Source of the DNA: a bacterium | GTDB lineage: Bacteria > UBA8248 | Direction of reading: 5' to 3' | DNA: 64,000 nucleotides | Assembly (NCBI GenBank): GCA_965213625.1 | Contig: CBDBZU010000004.1 | Location: 3,392,001 to 3,456,000, forward strand | Part shown: piece by piece, positions 49,102 through 59,903 of the stretch | Layout of the letters: every line of letters starts with the position of its first letter | Numbering within the stretch: position 1 is the first letter of the stretch | Position numbers and translations under genes: made by a program | Notes under the pieces: generated by a model | Seen by the model: the letters and a program-made list of their open reading frames with translations, nothing else | Database searches by the model: none | Told to the model about the DNA's origin: nothing

Positions 49102-49590
49102 CTAGTTGACGATTTTCCAGCTACCGTCGGGTTGTCGGCAGGCGCGGCCATAGGCGCGTTCGGTCTTGCCGCCCACCGTGATGGTCTGCTGGAACTCGCG
49201 GCAATAACGGGAGGTCGAGCCTCTCTGTACCCGGTAGGTGCGCCTGGGCGTAATGGTGCCCCGGTTGCCCGTGTCGGGGTTCACCCACGTGCTGGCCACG
49301 TTCGTCTTGCCGCGCTCGAGCGATTTTTGCGTGCTTCGCGACATCAGCAGGCGGTCGCGCTCGTCGAGCTGCCGTCCGATGGAGCTGCCTACGAGGGTGC
49401 CGAGAACAGCGCCCGTGAAGGTTGCTACACTGCGGCCCCGGCCCTTGCCGAGCTTCGACCCGATGAGACCGCCCGCGATTCCGCCGATGATCGCTCCGCC
49501 GGTCTGCTTGTCCATGGTTCCATCGGCGCGGCATCCGGCGAGCCCCAGGCTGAAAATGGCTACGAGGACGGTGGCGGTCAGTTTTTTCAT
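49102..49590 (-). CDS. 17-kDa surface antigen-like glycine-zipper lipoprotein (RT0821/Lpp0805 family)
   Basis: LAGC lipobox, Gly zipper, WVNPDTG, CREFQQTITVGG…ACRQPDGSW. Confidence 0.9.
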   Translation of the reverse strand: MKKLTATVLVAIFSLGLAGCRADGTMDKQTGGAIIGGIAGGLIGSKLGKGRGRSVATFTGAVLGTLVGSSIGRQLDERDRLLMSRSTQKSLERGKTNVASTWVNPDTGNRGTITPRRTYRVQRGSTSRYCREFQQTITVGGKTERAYGRACRQPDGSWKIVN

Positions 49591-49689
49591 GATTCATCTC
49601 CTGTGTATGGCGGCATGCGCAGCGTCGCGCATTATACCAAAACGACCTTGGGCGACACGCATTTTATCATCCCTCACCCGCCGCTTGAA

Positions 49690-50830
49690 GGGTCTGTTGA
49701 AAAACCCCGTTTTTGAAGCCGGGTGTTCTGGCGGTTCACGCGGTGGCGGGGAGGGAGCTTAATCGGCGCGCGAGGGCGCGATGTGCGCGCAGACGGCGTC
49801 TCCGGGCGGCACAGGCCCTCCAGAGGACGAATATACGCGCCGCAAAAGCGGCGGCCAGCCGCTTTAGGTTCACCGCAATCGCCGTCAGATAGGACTGGAT
49901 CCGCACGTTCTCCAGTCCCTGGCGCACCGCCCACCCCAGTCCGTGCCAACTCTTCGCTTCGCCGTGGTAGCCTTCGGAGCAAAACATGTGCCGGCGCCAC
50001 AGCAGGCGCTCCTCCTCCCCCCACCGCGCATGCCGCCGGCGCGCACGCAACAGCGCCAGATACGCGTTGGGAATCAAAACCTCCTTGCTCGACCGCGCCT
50101 GCGGCAGACAATCCGCCCTGAGCGCGCAGCCCGCGCGATCACGCGTCCTCGAACCATAGTAGCGCCCCCGCTCCTCGCTCCGCCGGGGGCGCAGTTTCTT
50201 GCCGCGCGGACACTTCACCAAGTCGTGGCGCGCGTCGTAGCGGAACCGGCGCAACGGAACACGGCTCTGCGTGGGTTCTTTCTTCGCCGGGATGAGCGCG
50301 GACACGCCCCGACCCTCCAACGCCGCGTAGACCTTCGAGTACGCATACCCCGAATCCGCCGTCACCAACTCCGGCGCGCGGCCCGACAACTCGCTTACCG
50401 CCTCTATATGGGACGCCATCATCTCCCGCTCGTTCCGCGTCCCCTCCGTCACCGACACGTCGAGAACAACACCCCGCTCATCGTCCACCGCCGCGTGGTG
50501 CTTGTAGCTCGGCTCGAACCTCGCCCGCGCGCTCTTGCGCGCAAGCCGCGCGTCGGGGTCCGTCCGGCTCACCGAACCCCCGCCGCCGCGGCCTCCGCCC
50601 TTCTTCCCGCTCTTCTCCTCCACGGTATTCTCCCGAATCACCTTCTCCGCATGATGCGCCGCCAGACTATCCCAGCTTACATCCGCGCGTATCAGGGAAG
50701 CGTCCACGTGAACCACTTCCCGCTTCGCCACATTCGCCTCCAGGCACGCCTGCACCGTCCGGCGGAATATCGCCGGAACCGAGCCTCCCCCCAGCGCTGG
50801 CGGATCCGCGTCAGGCTCGAATGGTCCGGC
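49690..50830 (-). mobile_element. IS1182-family transposase remnant with right terminal repeat
   Basis: HVDASLIRA, SRTDPDA, ADSGY, EAKSWHGL..A…AVNLKRL; frameshift near 50780; 5' part missing; end GGGTCTGTTGAAAAA. Confidence 0.82.
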
Positions 50831-51230
50831 CGATGGCGAGACAACTGGTGGTGAAGGCTGCCCGGAGACTGCGCCGGGAGGGGTTTCTTGCCCGCAGGCT
50901 CACGCTCTCGGCCGATTACCTCGACGCCTCCTCCTGGACGCCCTCTCGACGCTGTGGACGGTGCTCGCAGGCGCCCGGCGCCGGGCCGCGCTGTTCCGGG
51001 TCGCCGTGTCGTTCGACCGCCTCGTCCCTACGGATGAGGCGCAGTTCGAACTGCCTTTTGAAAAGGCGGACAAGCGGCGCCGGCTGAATAGGCTGAACGC
51101 CGCCGTCGACACGATCAATAGCCGCTACGCGCGCACCCTCGTCGGTTACGGCGGGTGCGCCCCTCCGGGCGGCTACGCGGGGGCCAAGATCGCCTACGGC
51201 CGCATTCCCAGGCTTGAGGATTTCCGGTAA
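50830..51230 (+). pseudogene. C-terminal remnant of a Y-family (DinB-like) DNA polymerase
   Basis: KAARRLRREG..ARRL…Q.ELPF…L..AVD.INSRY…GAKIAYGRIP, frameshifted. Confidence 0.65.
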
Positions 51231-51481
51231 TGGCGCTTCTTTTGGGTGATTACGCCGGGGGAGACTGGTATTTCATCGTGGCGTGCGAGGCCTGCGGCTG
51301 GGAGAAGATATTAGAACCCGCCGAACTCCTGGCCCGGTCGGGAACGGGAAAAGTGCACCCCGGAATGCGTGCGGAAGACCTCGAACCCCTCCTGCGCTGC
51401 CGGGAATGCCACTCGAAGAGGGCGCGTCTCGAGCCGATCACCAGAACGCGCAGGCAGGGCTTCGTCGGCGGGATGATCTGA
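51230..51481 (+). CDS. small putative zinc-binding protein
   Basis: CEAC…LRCREC; overlaps the previous stop codon. Confidence 0.55.
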   Translation: MALLLGDYAGGDWYFIVACEACGWEKILEPAELLARSGTGKVHPGMRAEDLEPLLRCRECHSKRARLEPITRTRRQGFVGGMI

Positions 51482-51859
51482 TGTTGTGGAAAGGATATGT
51501 CTTCGATGATTGAACAGAACGATCGTTTCGGGATTGAAAGCAGACAACCGGTGAACCAGAACTGGCTAGGACCGAGGTGCGTAATTTACGGCCCGGGAGA
51601 ATACAATACCCAGGAGCACCTGATCGCCGAATACCTTGCGGGAAGCTCGCTGCGAAATTTCATGGGCCGGTCAACAAGGGGGTAATGAAGGGTGATAATT
51701 TTGACATGGACAGCAACGCTATGAACCGGCCGGCTCATTACACCCATAGTGTGATGTTGTCGAGAGGGCCCGTCCACCCCGTCGGTTACCCGACATCCGT
51801 CCGACCCGGAGTGCCTTGCCGAGGACGTGGACATCATCTGCCAGACACGATCAGGGCGG

Positions 51860-52059
51860 ATAGCCAGGGTTTTCGGAGATGGGCGGATATTTCATGGCCC
51901 TTCGCCGGGAACACGGCAGATCGGAAATTGCGCGGTTATCGTTATATGGTTAAATCTACAAAAAATGAAACCCGGTTCTGGTTCCACGGACTGTGCAACA
52001 CCATTATCACGGCGGCGGAACACTTTATGAACCATATTTTTGGCAGGCGAGATAAATGA
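51860..52059 (+). pseudogene. possible tyrosine-integrase C-terminal remnant
   Basis: RFWFHGLCNTIITAAE resembles a degenerate HxLR box II. Confidence 0.35.
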
Positions 52060-52211
52060 TGCGCGAATTACATTCTCTCTCCACCTGATACTTCACGTTA
52101 CATTACATTTTGATCAATTTGCTCAAGCGAATCCCCGAACCGAATTCGGGCTGATGCATTTTTAGCAGATTCTGCGATAATCCGTATCCGGACACCCTTG
52201 AGTTTTTCTCC

Positions 52212-52913
52212 TCACACTCTGCGCACGACCCAGAGCGCCTTGCCGAGGAAGTGAACGTCATCGGCCAGGCGCGTATAGGGCGGATAATCGGGGTTTTCCG
52301 ATACGAGGCGGAGGCGGCGTGGATCATCGTCCTCGCCGGGCGCCACGTCCACCTTCTTCACCACGATCCCGCTCCCGTCCCACAGGACGAAGGTCTCCCC
52401 CGTGGCGGGGGTCTTTTGTGAGACATCGACCGCGATCCGGTCACCCTCTCTCATATCGGGTTCCATCGAGTCCCCGCGCACCCGGATGATGCGCAGGTTC
52501 TCGGGATCAGCGCCCCCCTCGTGGCGGATCATGTTCGCGGGCCAGCCCCACCGTGCGGTCTCCGTCTCGAAGCCGGATTCGAACGCGCCTGCGCCCGCTG
52601 CCGCCTCGACCGTGACTTCTGGTACGGTCGCGATCGGCCGTGTGGGATGTTTCCTCCTGTAGGGTTTTCGTTCGGGCAGCTTCTCGTGGCGGATTTCGGC
52701 GGGATCACAGCCGAGCAGTTCACCCAGCACCTCCCCGTCCCGGTAGCCGAGCACGGCGGGCGAACCGCGCTCCACGTACTGCTGGAGATAGGCCCTGTTG
52801 CGTCCGAGGGCGGTGGACGCTGCCGCGAGGGTCAGGCCGTTTCGCCTGAGCAGGTCCTTTAGTCTCAAGCGGAGCGGATCGTTCCTGATTGCCTCTTTTT
52901 CCTCTTCGTTCAT
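52212..52913 (-). CDS. CI/LexA-like repressor (HTH plus S24 peptidase)
   Basis: N-terminal HTH, AGAG cleavage site, VRGDSMEP, VVKK. Confidence 0.9.
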   Translation of the reverse strand: MNEEEKEAIRNDPLRLRLKDLLRRNGLTLAAASTALGRNRAYLQQYVERGSPAVLGYRDGEVLGELLGCDPAEIRHEKLPERKPYRRKHPTRPIATVPEVTVEAAAGAGAFESGFETETARWGWPANMIRHEGGADPENLRIIRVRGDSMEPDMREGDRIAVDVSQKTPATGETFVLWDGSGIVVKKVDVAPGEDDDPRRLRLVSENPDYPPYTRLADDVHFLGKALWVVRRV

Positions 52914-53049
52914 GGCGTCTCCTCGTAGATTTTTTTATCAAACCCCCGCGCAGGGGGACGTGGGCGTGAGCGCGTTTGGACTCAAAATGTAGGTTATATC
53001 CTATATATAATTCTTGCAAGCGATTACATTTCGTATTATATACGCATCC

Positions 53050-53754
53050 ATGAAGAAGATCGAACCCCGCACCGGAACGGACCCGGACGAACAATTGAGA
53101 ATGGACATCGAGGCCTGGATCGCGCGCCATGGACTGAGCGCCACGCGCTTCGGGAGGGATGCGCTTGGAGACCCGGGCTTCGTGGAGGCGCTGAGAAGCG
53201 GCCGCCGCGTGCGCCTGGCCACGGCGGACCGGGTGCTCGCCTTCATGGGAGAGGCTCTGCTGGGAGCGGCCTTCCGCAGCGAGGTCGAGTCGTATCTCGC
53301 CATGAGTGGGACCAAGCCCCACCTGTTCGGGGAAGAGGCGCTCGGGGATCCCTCCTTCATATCGAGGCTGCGGCGGGGAAGTTCCCCTTTCCTCGCGACG
53401 ATCGGGCGCGTGCGCGCCCGGATGGCGGAGGAGGGGGACATGGGAAGACCACCGGCCGGGGAGACGCCCGGCTCATTCACCAAGAAGGCCCCGGCAGGCG
53501 GGGCGGAACCCGAAGGAGAAGAGCATATGAGCAGGAACGGGAGACACTACCTGAGCACGCGGGAAGCGGCGGACTGGCTAAGCCTCTCGCCGAGGACGCT
53601 GGATCGCTACCGCGTAAGCGGCGACGGGCCGGTATTCCACCGCTTCGGCGGAAGGGTTCGCTACCTGCGCGATGACCTGGAGACCTGGGCGCAGGCGCGT
53701 CGGCGGACCTCGACCTCGGACGACGGGGGCGCAATGGGAAGGAGGTCACGATGA
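53050..53754 (+). CDS. tandem Cro-like domains fused to an HTH_17 (excisionase-like) domain
   Basis: Two repeats of FG..ALGDP.F…LR.G…LAT..RV, then YLSTREAA.WL.LSPRTL.RYR..G.GP.F.RFGGRVRY. Confidence 0.8.
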   Translation: MKKIEPRTGTDPDEQLRMDIEAWIARHGLSATRFGRDALGDPGFVEALRSGRRVRLATADRVLAFMGEALLGAAFRSEVESYLAMSGTKPHLFGEEALGDPSFISRLRRGSSPFLATIGRVRARMAEEGDMGRPPAGETPGSFTKKAPAGGAEPEGEEHMSRNGRHYLSTREAADWLSLSPRTLDRYRVSGDGPVFHRFGGRVRYLRDDLETWAQARRRTSTSDDGGAMGRRSR

Positions 53755-54038
53755 GAACGACCCTTTGGATTATCGCGGCGATCACCTGGGCGCTCCTCGG
53801 GCCGGCGGGTGCGTTCGCGACGACGGACACGACGTTCGCGGGTCCGCTCGGCACGGTTACGGACATCGTCTCGGGCACGGGCGGACAGCTGGCTGCCGCG
53901 CTCGCGGTGGGCGCCGCCCTGGTGGGTTCGGTGCTGCGCTTCAACGCAGCCCAGATCGCGGGCGCGGTCGGGGTGGGCATCGCGGCCGGGGCCGGGACAG
54001 GAGTCGTCACCGGTCTGGTCGGAACGGCGATCATATGA
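53751..54038 (+). CDS. traA: conjugative pilin (TraA-like)
   Basis: Signal peptide plus two hydrophobic segments, first gene of the tra operon. Confidence 0.7.
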   Translation: MRTTLWIIAAITWALLGPAGAFATTDTTFAGPLGTVTDIVSGTGGQLAAALAVGAALVGSVLRFNAAQIAGAVGVGIAAGAGTGVVTGLVGTAII

Positions 54039-54047
54039 GGGGAACGT

Positions 54048-54341
54048 ATGAACGATCAGGCGAAACACGCGGTCCCCGCCCGTCTGGACGATCCCGAGAG
54101 GTGGCTGTTCTGGACGCTCGACGAGGCGGCGGCGCTCCTGGCGCCCGCGGTGCTGGGCCTGGCGGCGAACGCCTTCGTGACGGGTTTGATCGCCGGGCTC
54201 GGCGGCTGGGCGCTGCTTCGCCGCGCGAAGCGGGGCGGCGGGGCCGATACGGCGCTGTGCGCCCTTTACTGGTTCCTGCCCGGCTTTGCGCTCGGCCTCA
54301 GGGCAGCACCTCCGAGCCACCTGCGCCGTTTCACCGGATGA
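54048..54341 (+). CDS. traL: TraL
   Basis: P.RLDDP.R.LFWT.DE, LYW.LP, PPSH.R.F.G. Confidence 0.9.
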   Translation: MNDQAKHAVPARLDDPERWLFWTLDEAAALLAPAVLGLAANAFVTGLIAGLGGWALLRRAKRGGGADTALCALYWFLPGFALGLRAAPPSHLRRFTG

Positions 54342-54351
54342 GGGAACGCAC

Positions 54352-54909
54352 ATGAAACGAGAACTCATGGAAACGGAGCGCCGCCGCGTCAGGGACGGCC
54401 GTGCCGCGCTGGCCGTTCTGCTCGGTCTCTCGCTGCTGGCCAACCTGGCGCTGAGCGCCGGCCTCACATCGGTCGAGCGGACGACGGTGCTGGTGCCAGC
54501 CGTCGTGGGACCTGCGTGGGAGGTGGGCGGCGGACGGGCGAGCGCGCGGTATCTCGAAGACGTGGGCCGCACCGTCGCCGTGACGCTCCTGACCCTCACG
54601 CCCGAGAACGCAGGGCTGGCCAGGGAAGCCGTGGCGCGGATGAGTCATCCATCGGCCCGGGGCGCGATAGGCGCCTGGGTGGCGGCGGAGGCCGCGCGCA
54701 TGAAGGGACGCGACCTCTCGACGGCGTTCTATCCCGGAAGGGTCGAGGCGGACCCTGCGGGACTGACGGTCCTCGTGAGCGGGGAGCTCGCCACCTGGAT
54801 GGGACGCGAGCGGATATCGCGCGAGCGAAAGCGCTACCGGCTCTCCTTCCGCGTGGACGCGGGCCGGTTCGGCCTGCTCCGCTTCGAGGAGATGGAGGAT
54901 ATGAAGTGA
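54352..54909 (+). CDS. traE: TraE
   Basis: N-terminal TM, TVLVP, LLTLTP, STAFYP, V.GEL.TW.G. Confidence 0.85.
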   Translation: MKRELMETERRRVRDGRAALAVLLGLSLLANLALSAGLTSVERTTVLVPAVVGPAWEVGGGRASARYLEDVGRTVAVTLLTLTPENAGLAREAVARMSHPSARGAIGAWVAAEAARMKGRDLSTAFYPGRVEADPAGLTVLVSGELATWMGRERISRERKRYRLSFRVDAGRFGLLRFEEMEDMK

Positions 54910-55634
54910 AACGAACATCAATCATACGAATGGCCCTGCCCGTACTGCTTCTGCTCGCGGCATACCTTTTTGGACCGCTCCCGGCATCCGCGATGCAGAT
55001 ACTCGAAGCCGCGGACCATGCCGAACTCGAAGCGGTGGTCTCGGACCGCGCGGTGAGCCGGATAACGCTGGCCGGCGACCGGGTCGCGCGCGTGGTGCGT
55101 GGTGCGGAGGGTTTCGCGGTGGAGCACGACAAGGCGCGCGGGGACCTCTACATCAGGCCTCTGGAGTCCGGGAGGCAACCACGCGAGAGCGTGACGCTCT
55201 TCATCGGTACGGCGAGGGGTTTCACCTACAGGCTCAAGCTCCGAACGGTTGCGCGGGATTCCGCGCAGATACTGATACGAAACGCCGCTGCTACTCCCCG
55301 GGCGGAACGCCAGGGGCCAAGTGGCGGCCGCGTGAGCGCACTCGCTGCGCTTATCCGCGCCGTGGCCCGGCGCGAGACGCTGCCCGGCTACATCGTCGAG
55401 ACGCCGGGTGAATCACTGCGGCTCAACGGGTTTGCGATGCTCGAAGTCTGGCGCGGAGGGAAATTCACGGCGCGGATATACGAGGTGGACCCTGCCTACG
55501 AGGTTCACATGAAGAGTCTCGAGCCCGGCGTCGCGGCGCTCTGGCGCGCGCCTGTTGCGAGCGGCCCTTCGGGCGGACGGCTCGTCGTGGCGGTGCATGA
55601 AACCTACACGACGGAGGCGCGCGATGAGCGATAA
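54906..55634 (+). CDS. traK: TraK
   Basis: Signal peptide, VSRI…DR, GDLYIRP, FIGT..GFTY.L; position between traE and traB. Confidence 0.85.
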   Translation: MKRTSIIRMALPVLLLLAAYLFGPLPASAMQILEAADHAELEAVVSDRAVSRITLAGDRVARVVRGAEGFAVEHDKARGDLYIRPLESGRQPRESVTLFIGTARGFTYRLKLRTVARDSAQILIRNAAATPRAERQGPSGGRVSALAALIRAVARRETLPGYIVETPGESLRLNGFAMLEVWRGGKFTARIYEVDPAYEVHMKSLEPGVAALWRAPVASGPSGGRLVVAVHETYTTEARDER

Positions 55635-56844
55635 GGAGAAGACCCGGGTGGACCCGGAGAGCAGGAAGAACAGGAACCGGCAGCTTCTCCTGTTCTCGGT
55701 TCTCCTCACGACGGTCCTGTTCGCCCTCGCGCTTTGGCTCTCGGCGGGAGGGGGCGGCGCGCCCCCGAAGCCCGTGAGCGGCGTCCGGGCGGAACTCGCT
55801 GGCGCAAAGTCTGCGGAGACGGTCTGGATCAGGCGTTCGGAGTCCCGCATCGGGCAGATGGAGGCGCAGCTCAGGGACCTCGATACGAAGAACAAACGCA
55901 TCGACGCGGAGAACGCCAGGCTCCGTGAGCGCATGACCAAGGACGCTGCGGATGGACGACTGGTGATTGACCGCCAGGCGGCGGCGATCGACCAGCTGCG
56001 CAGGAAGCTGGAAGCGCGGCCCATAGCGCCCCAGGCCAGACAACCCGCCCGGGGCGCCGGAATGAAACGTCCCGCGAACGACGGGAAAAATTTCCCGGCG
56101 AAGCCTACGCCCATGATCCTCGAATTCGAAAAACCACTCGGCCCCGGGACCGGAGGTCCTGCCGCAGGCGCGCGTCCGCTTTCCTGGTGGCTGCCCGCGG
56201 GCGCCTACGCGGAGGCGGTGGTGCTCGCGGGGGTGGACGCCTCGGTGGGCGTGTCCTCACAGGGCGACCCCCGGCCCCTGCTGCTCAGGCTCATGGGCAA
56301 GGCGCGGAGCGCGGCGGCTGCCGGCGTGGCGCTGGAAGCGGACGTCACGGGCTGCACGCTCACGGGAGCGGCCTACGGGGACCTGTCGTCCGAAAAAGTC
56401 TACGTGCGGCTTAGGACCATGACCTGCTCAGGTCCTGATCCGGACACCGTGATTGAGACGAGGGTGACGGGCTTCGTGGCGGGGGGCGGCAAGGCGGGTG
56501 TACGGGGACCCGTGGTGAGCCGGGAGGGGGCGCTGGTCGAGAAGGCGTTCCTCGCCGGCCTGGTATCGGGCGCAGGCGAGACGGCGGCCGGCATGCTGCG
56601 GGTCCCCACCGGGGCCGAGGGGTCCGAACGCGCGGATCTGGGCGAGCTGGGCCGCGCGGGACTCGGCGCCGGCGCGGGTTCCGCCGGACGCAGGGTGGCG
56701 GACTACCTGATCAGGCGCGCCGAGCAGTACCAGCCCGTGATCCAGTTGCAGACCGGCACGCGGGTCACGGTGGTGTTCATCGAGGGCGCGCGCTTAGACG
56801 GCAAGGACGACCAGAAAACCACGAACCGGAGGAACGACAAATGA
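55624..56844 (+). CDS. traB: TraB (VirB10-like)
   Basis: LPAG..EAVVL.GVDA, GDLSSEKVYVR, GVRG.VVSREG, YLI.RAEQY.PVI. Confidence 0.92.
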   Translation: MSDKEKTRVDPESRKNRNRQLLLFSVLLTTVLFALALWLSAGGGGAPPKPVSGVRAELAGAKSAETVWIRRSESRIGQMEAQLRDLDTKNKRIDAENARLRERMTKDAADGRLVIDRQAAAIDQLRRKLEARPIAPQARQPARGAGMKRPANDGKNFPAKPTPMILEFEKPLGPGTGGPAAGARPLSWWLPAGAYAEAVVLAGVDASVGVSSQGDPRPLLLRLMGKARSAAAAGVALEADVTGCTLTGAAYGDLSSEKVYVRLRTMTCSGPDPDTVIETRVTGFVAGGGKAGVRGPVVSREGALVEKAFLAGLVSGAGETAAGMLRVPTGAEGSERADLGELGRAGLGAGAGSAGRRVADYLIRRAEQYQPVIQLQTGTRVTVVFIEGARLDGKDDQKTTNRRNDK

Positions 56845-57353
56845 AAATAACAAAACTTCATATGCGGGCGCTCGCGCCCCTCTTGCTGGCGGCGCTCGTC
56901 ACGGGTTGCGCGGGCAGCAGCCACGTGGGCGAGTCCTGGCAGTGCCCCCTCGCACAGGGGACGGCGTGCCAGAGCGTCACCGAGGCGGACCCCGCCGCGC
57001 GGGATACGAGAGAGTCCCGGGAAACGACGCCTCTCGATACCCCTCGTCCCATGGAAACGAACGGGTTCGCGGTCCTGAGCGATCTCATCGCCTGGTTCGC
57101 GGAATTGTTCCGTCACGAAGAAGAAGACGCAGGCGCGGCCACGGCGGAGCCGCTGATCGCGCCGCCGACTATAGTCGAACTGCCATCAACTCTGGCCGTT
57201 GGAGAGCCTCTGATTGCGCCCCATGAACACCTTCGCACGAAAGAACGGGTCGCGCGCATCTGGATCGCGCCCTACGTGGACACTGAAGGCGTTTACCGCG
57301 AGGGCCACTGGGTGCGCGTCGTGGTGACGCCCGCGCGCTGGAGGCTGCCGTGA
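56841..57353 (+). CDS. traV: TraV lipoprotein
   Basis: VTGC lipobox, W.CP..G..C.S, RIWIAPYVD.EG. Confidence 0.88.
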   Translation: MKITKLHMRALAPLLLAALVTGCAGSSHVGESWQCPLAQGTACQSVTEADPAARDTRESRETTPLDTPRPMETNGFAVLSDLIAWFAELFRHEEEDAGAATAEPLIAPPTIVELPSTLAVGEPLIAPHEHLRTKERVARIWIAPYVDTEGVYREGHWVRVVVTPARWRLP

Positions 57354-59851
57354 TCGGGCGCTTTAAGGATATCTTCGGCGGAGCGGACGCGCTTGCGCCC
57401 CGGACCCTCCCGGCCATGCCCGCGCCCCTGGTGGATCTTCTCCCCTGGCGGGCCTGGGACGAGTCGGGGGAGTTCTACGTGAACGAGGGCGGTCTGGGCT
57501 TCGTCCTGGAAATCCCGCCCTTCGCGGGCGTGGACGAGGGGACGCTGGACGCGCTCGCGGGAACGCTGGCCGACTCGGCGCCCGAGCGCTCGGTGGTGCA
57601 GATGATCCACTGGGCGAGCCCCCGTTACGGGCAGGCAATCTCGCAGTAGGCGGGGCCGAGGGAGACGGCGGGCGGTCTCCTGGCCGTGATGGCGAAGCGC
57701 AGGGAAGCGCTCCTGGGAGGCGCCGGCTGGCGTCCGCTCCACGCGGGCGGGCCGCCCTTTACGCTGAACGACTGCCGGGTGTTCCTCACGGCGAGCCTGC
57801 CGGGAAGGCCGGGACCGGAGCCTGAGACCGCTCTCGGCGGCTTCCGGCGCGCACTCGAGGGCGCGCTCGCCTCGATCGGAACGTGGGCGCGGCGGACGGA
57901 GCCCGACGAATTGTTATCACTCGCCGCGGAACTCGTATCACCCGACGTCGAGGGCGCGCACGACGGAGGCCTCATGCGGCCCGAGAGGCGCTGGTCGCCG
58001 CGCGACCCGCTCCATCTGCAATGCGCCGCCCCCGGACGGGCGATGAGGGTCACGCCTGCGGGCCTCCTCTTCCACCATCCGGATGGCAAGGACGTCGGTG
58101 TGCGCGTCCTCACGGCGCGCGCATATCCCGAAGTCTGGCCCGGCTGGCGGGGAAACGCCCTGATCGGTGATTTCTATCGCGATTTCCTGCAACCCGGCGC
58201 GCCCGTTCTCACCTCGCTCACGATCATGATGGGCGAGGCGGCGGACGGCGAGCGCGCGTTCCTGAAGTCCGCCCGCGCGACGCAGCAGGCCGGGACGGGA
58301 ATCGCGCGCTACCTGCCGGGACTTCCGGAGAAGGCGCGCGACTGGCGTTTCGTGACCGAACGTCTCAAGGAAGGCGAGCGCCTGGTACGCGCCTGTTACG
58401 CCATCTGCGTCTACGCGACACCCGAAGCGATAGATGAGGCCGAACAGGCGGTGCGCGCCATCTACCACGGACAGGGCTGGCGGCTGGGGGCGGAGCGCTA
58501 CGCCCACCTCCCCGCCTGGCTCTCCTGCCTGCCCATGGCGCCTGCGGGCGGTCTCGATTCAGACCTTGCCCGCCTGGGCCGGATGAAGACGCTGCTCACT
58601 TCCTCGGTCGTCAACCTGGCGCCCGTACACGGGGAGTGGCGCGGCCAGCGGCAGAATCCCGACGCCCCGCCCGCTCTGCTTCTCGTGGGCAGGCGCGGCC
58701 AGCCCGCCCCCTGGTCTCCCTTCGCGAACGAGGCGGGAAACTACAACGTGGCCGTCACGGGGAAGTCGGGTTCGGGCAAATCCGTCCTGATGCAGGAACT
58801 CGTCGCAGGCATCGCCGGCGCGGGAGGCGAGGCCGTCGTCATCGACGACGGGCGATCCTTCCAGCATACGGCCGAGGCGCTCGGAGGCGCCTTCATCGCC
58901 TTCGGCAAGGACCCGGCGCGGCTGAACCCCTTCGCCATGATCGACAAGGAGACCGCGGCGCGCGACGGCGACTACCGGGAGGAGTGCTTCGCCATGCTGG
59001 CCTCGGTGGTCGGCCGGATGTGCCGGAGGCGCGGGCGGATCGACGATGTGGAAGCGGCTCTGATCGATGAGGCCATCGCACGCGCCTGGGAGGAGGCCGG
59101 CAACGATGCGGATTTAGGGTTAGTGCAGAAAAATCTCGAAGCCGCAGGGGATAGACGCGCGGCCGACATGGCGCTGGCGCTCGGTCCCTGGCGGCCGGGC
59201 GGTGCGATGGGAAGGCTCTTCGAGGGAGGGGGGACGCCTGCGCTCGACGCCGCGCTCACCGTGTTCGAACTGGCAGAACTCAAGGGACGCGGCGACCTTC
59301 AGGGCGTGGTCCTCATGCTCGTGGTGTTTCTCGCGACGCAGCGCATGTACCACGGGCCGAGGACGCGGCCCAAGGCCATCGTTATTGATGAGGCCTGGGA
59401 TTTGCTCTCGGGCGAGGACAGCAAGGCGTTTTTGGAGGGCGCCGCAAGACGCGCTCGCAAATACCGGGGCGCGCTCGTCACGGGCACCCAGAGCGTGAAC
59501 GACTACTACGCGAACCCCGCGGCCCGCGCGGCCTGGGACAACTCCGACTGGGTGATTTTTCTCGCGCAGAAGGATGAATCGGTCGAACTCCTGAAACAGG
59601 AAAAACGCATCCACTGCGACCCCGGTATGGAGCGCGCGCTCAAGAGCCTGGCCACGGTGGACGGGCGCCATGCCGAACTCGTGCTCCACGGTCCCGACGG
59701 CTGGCGCGTCGCGCGGCTCGTGCTCGACCGGCTGTCGGGCGCGCTCTACTCCTCGCGCGGACCCGCCTTCGCAGCGATCGAGAAACTGAAAAGTGATGGC
59801 CTCACGACGGAAGAGGCGGTGCTGCGCATCGCGGAGGAAGAAGCGCCGTGA
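57350..59851 (+). pseudogene. traC: TraC (VirB4 ATPase) with an in-frame TAG at 57647-57649
   Basis: NYNVAVTGKSGSGKS, IDDGRS, VIDEAWDLL, RRARKY; the 5' and 3' parts are in the same frame. Confidence 0.9.
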
Positions 59852-59903
59852 GGTTTCATCATTCCCGGCATCACTCACGAACATCAACGAACAAGGAGAT
59901 CAG

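Noticed and set aside
29508-57649. Stop-codon reassignment to explain the in-frame TGA/TAG codons
   Set aside because: Many clearly complete genes end in TGA or TAG, and Trp is TGG elsewhere, including in the portal stubs
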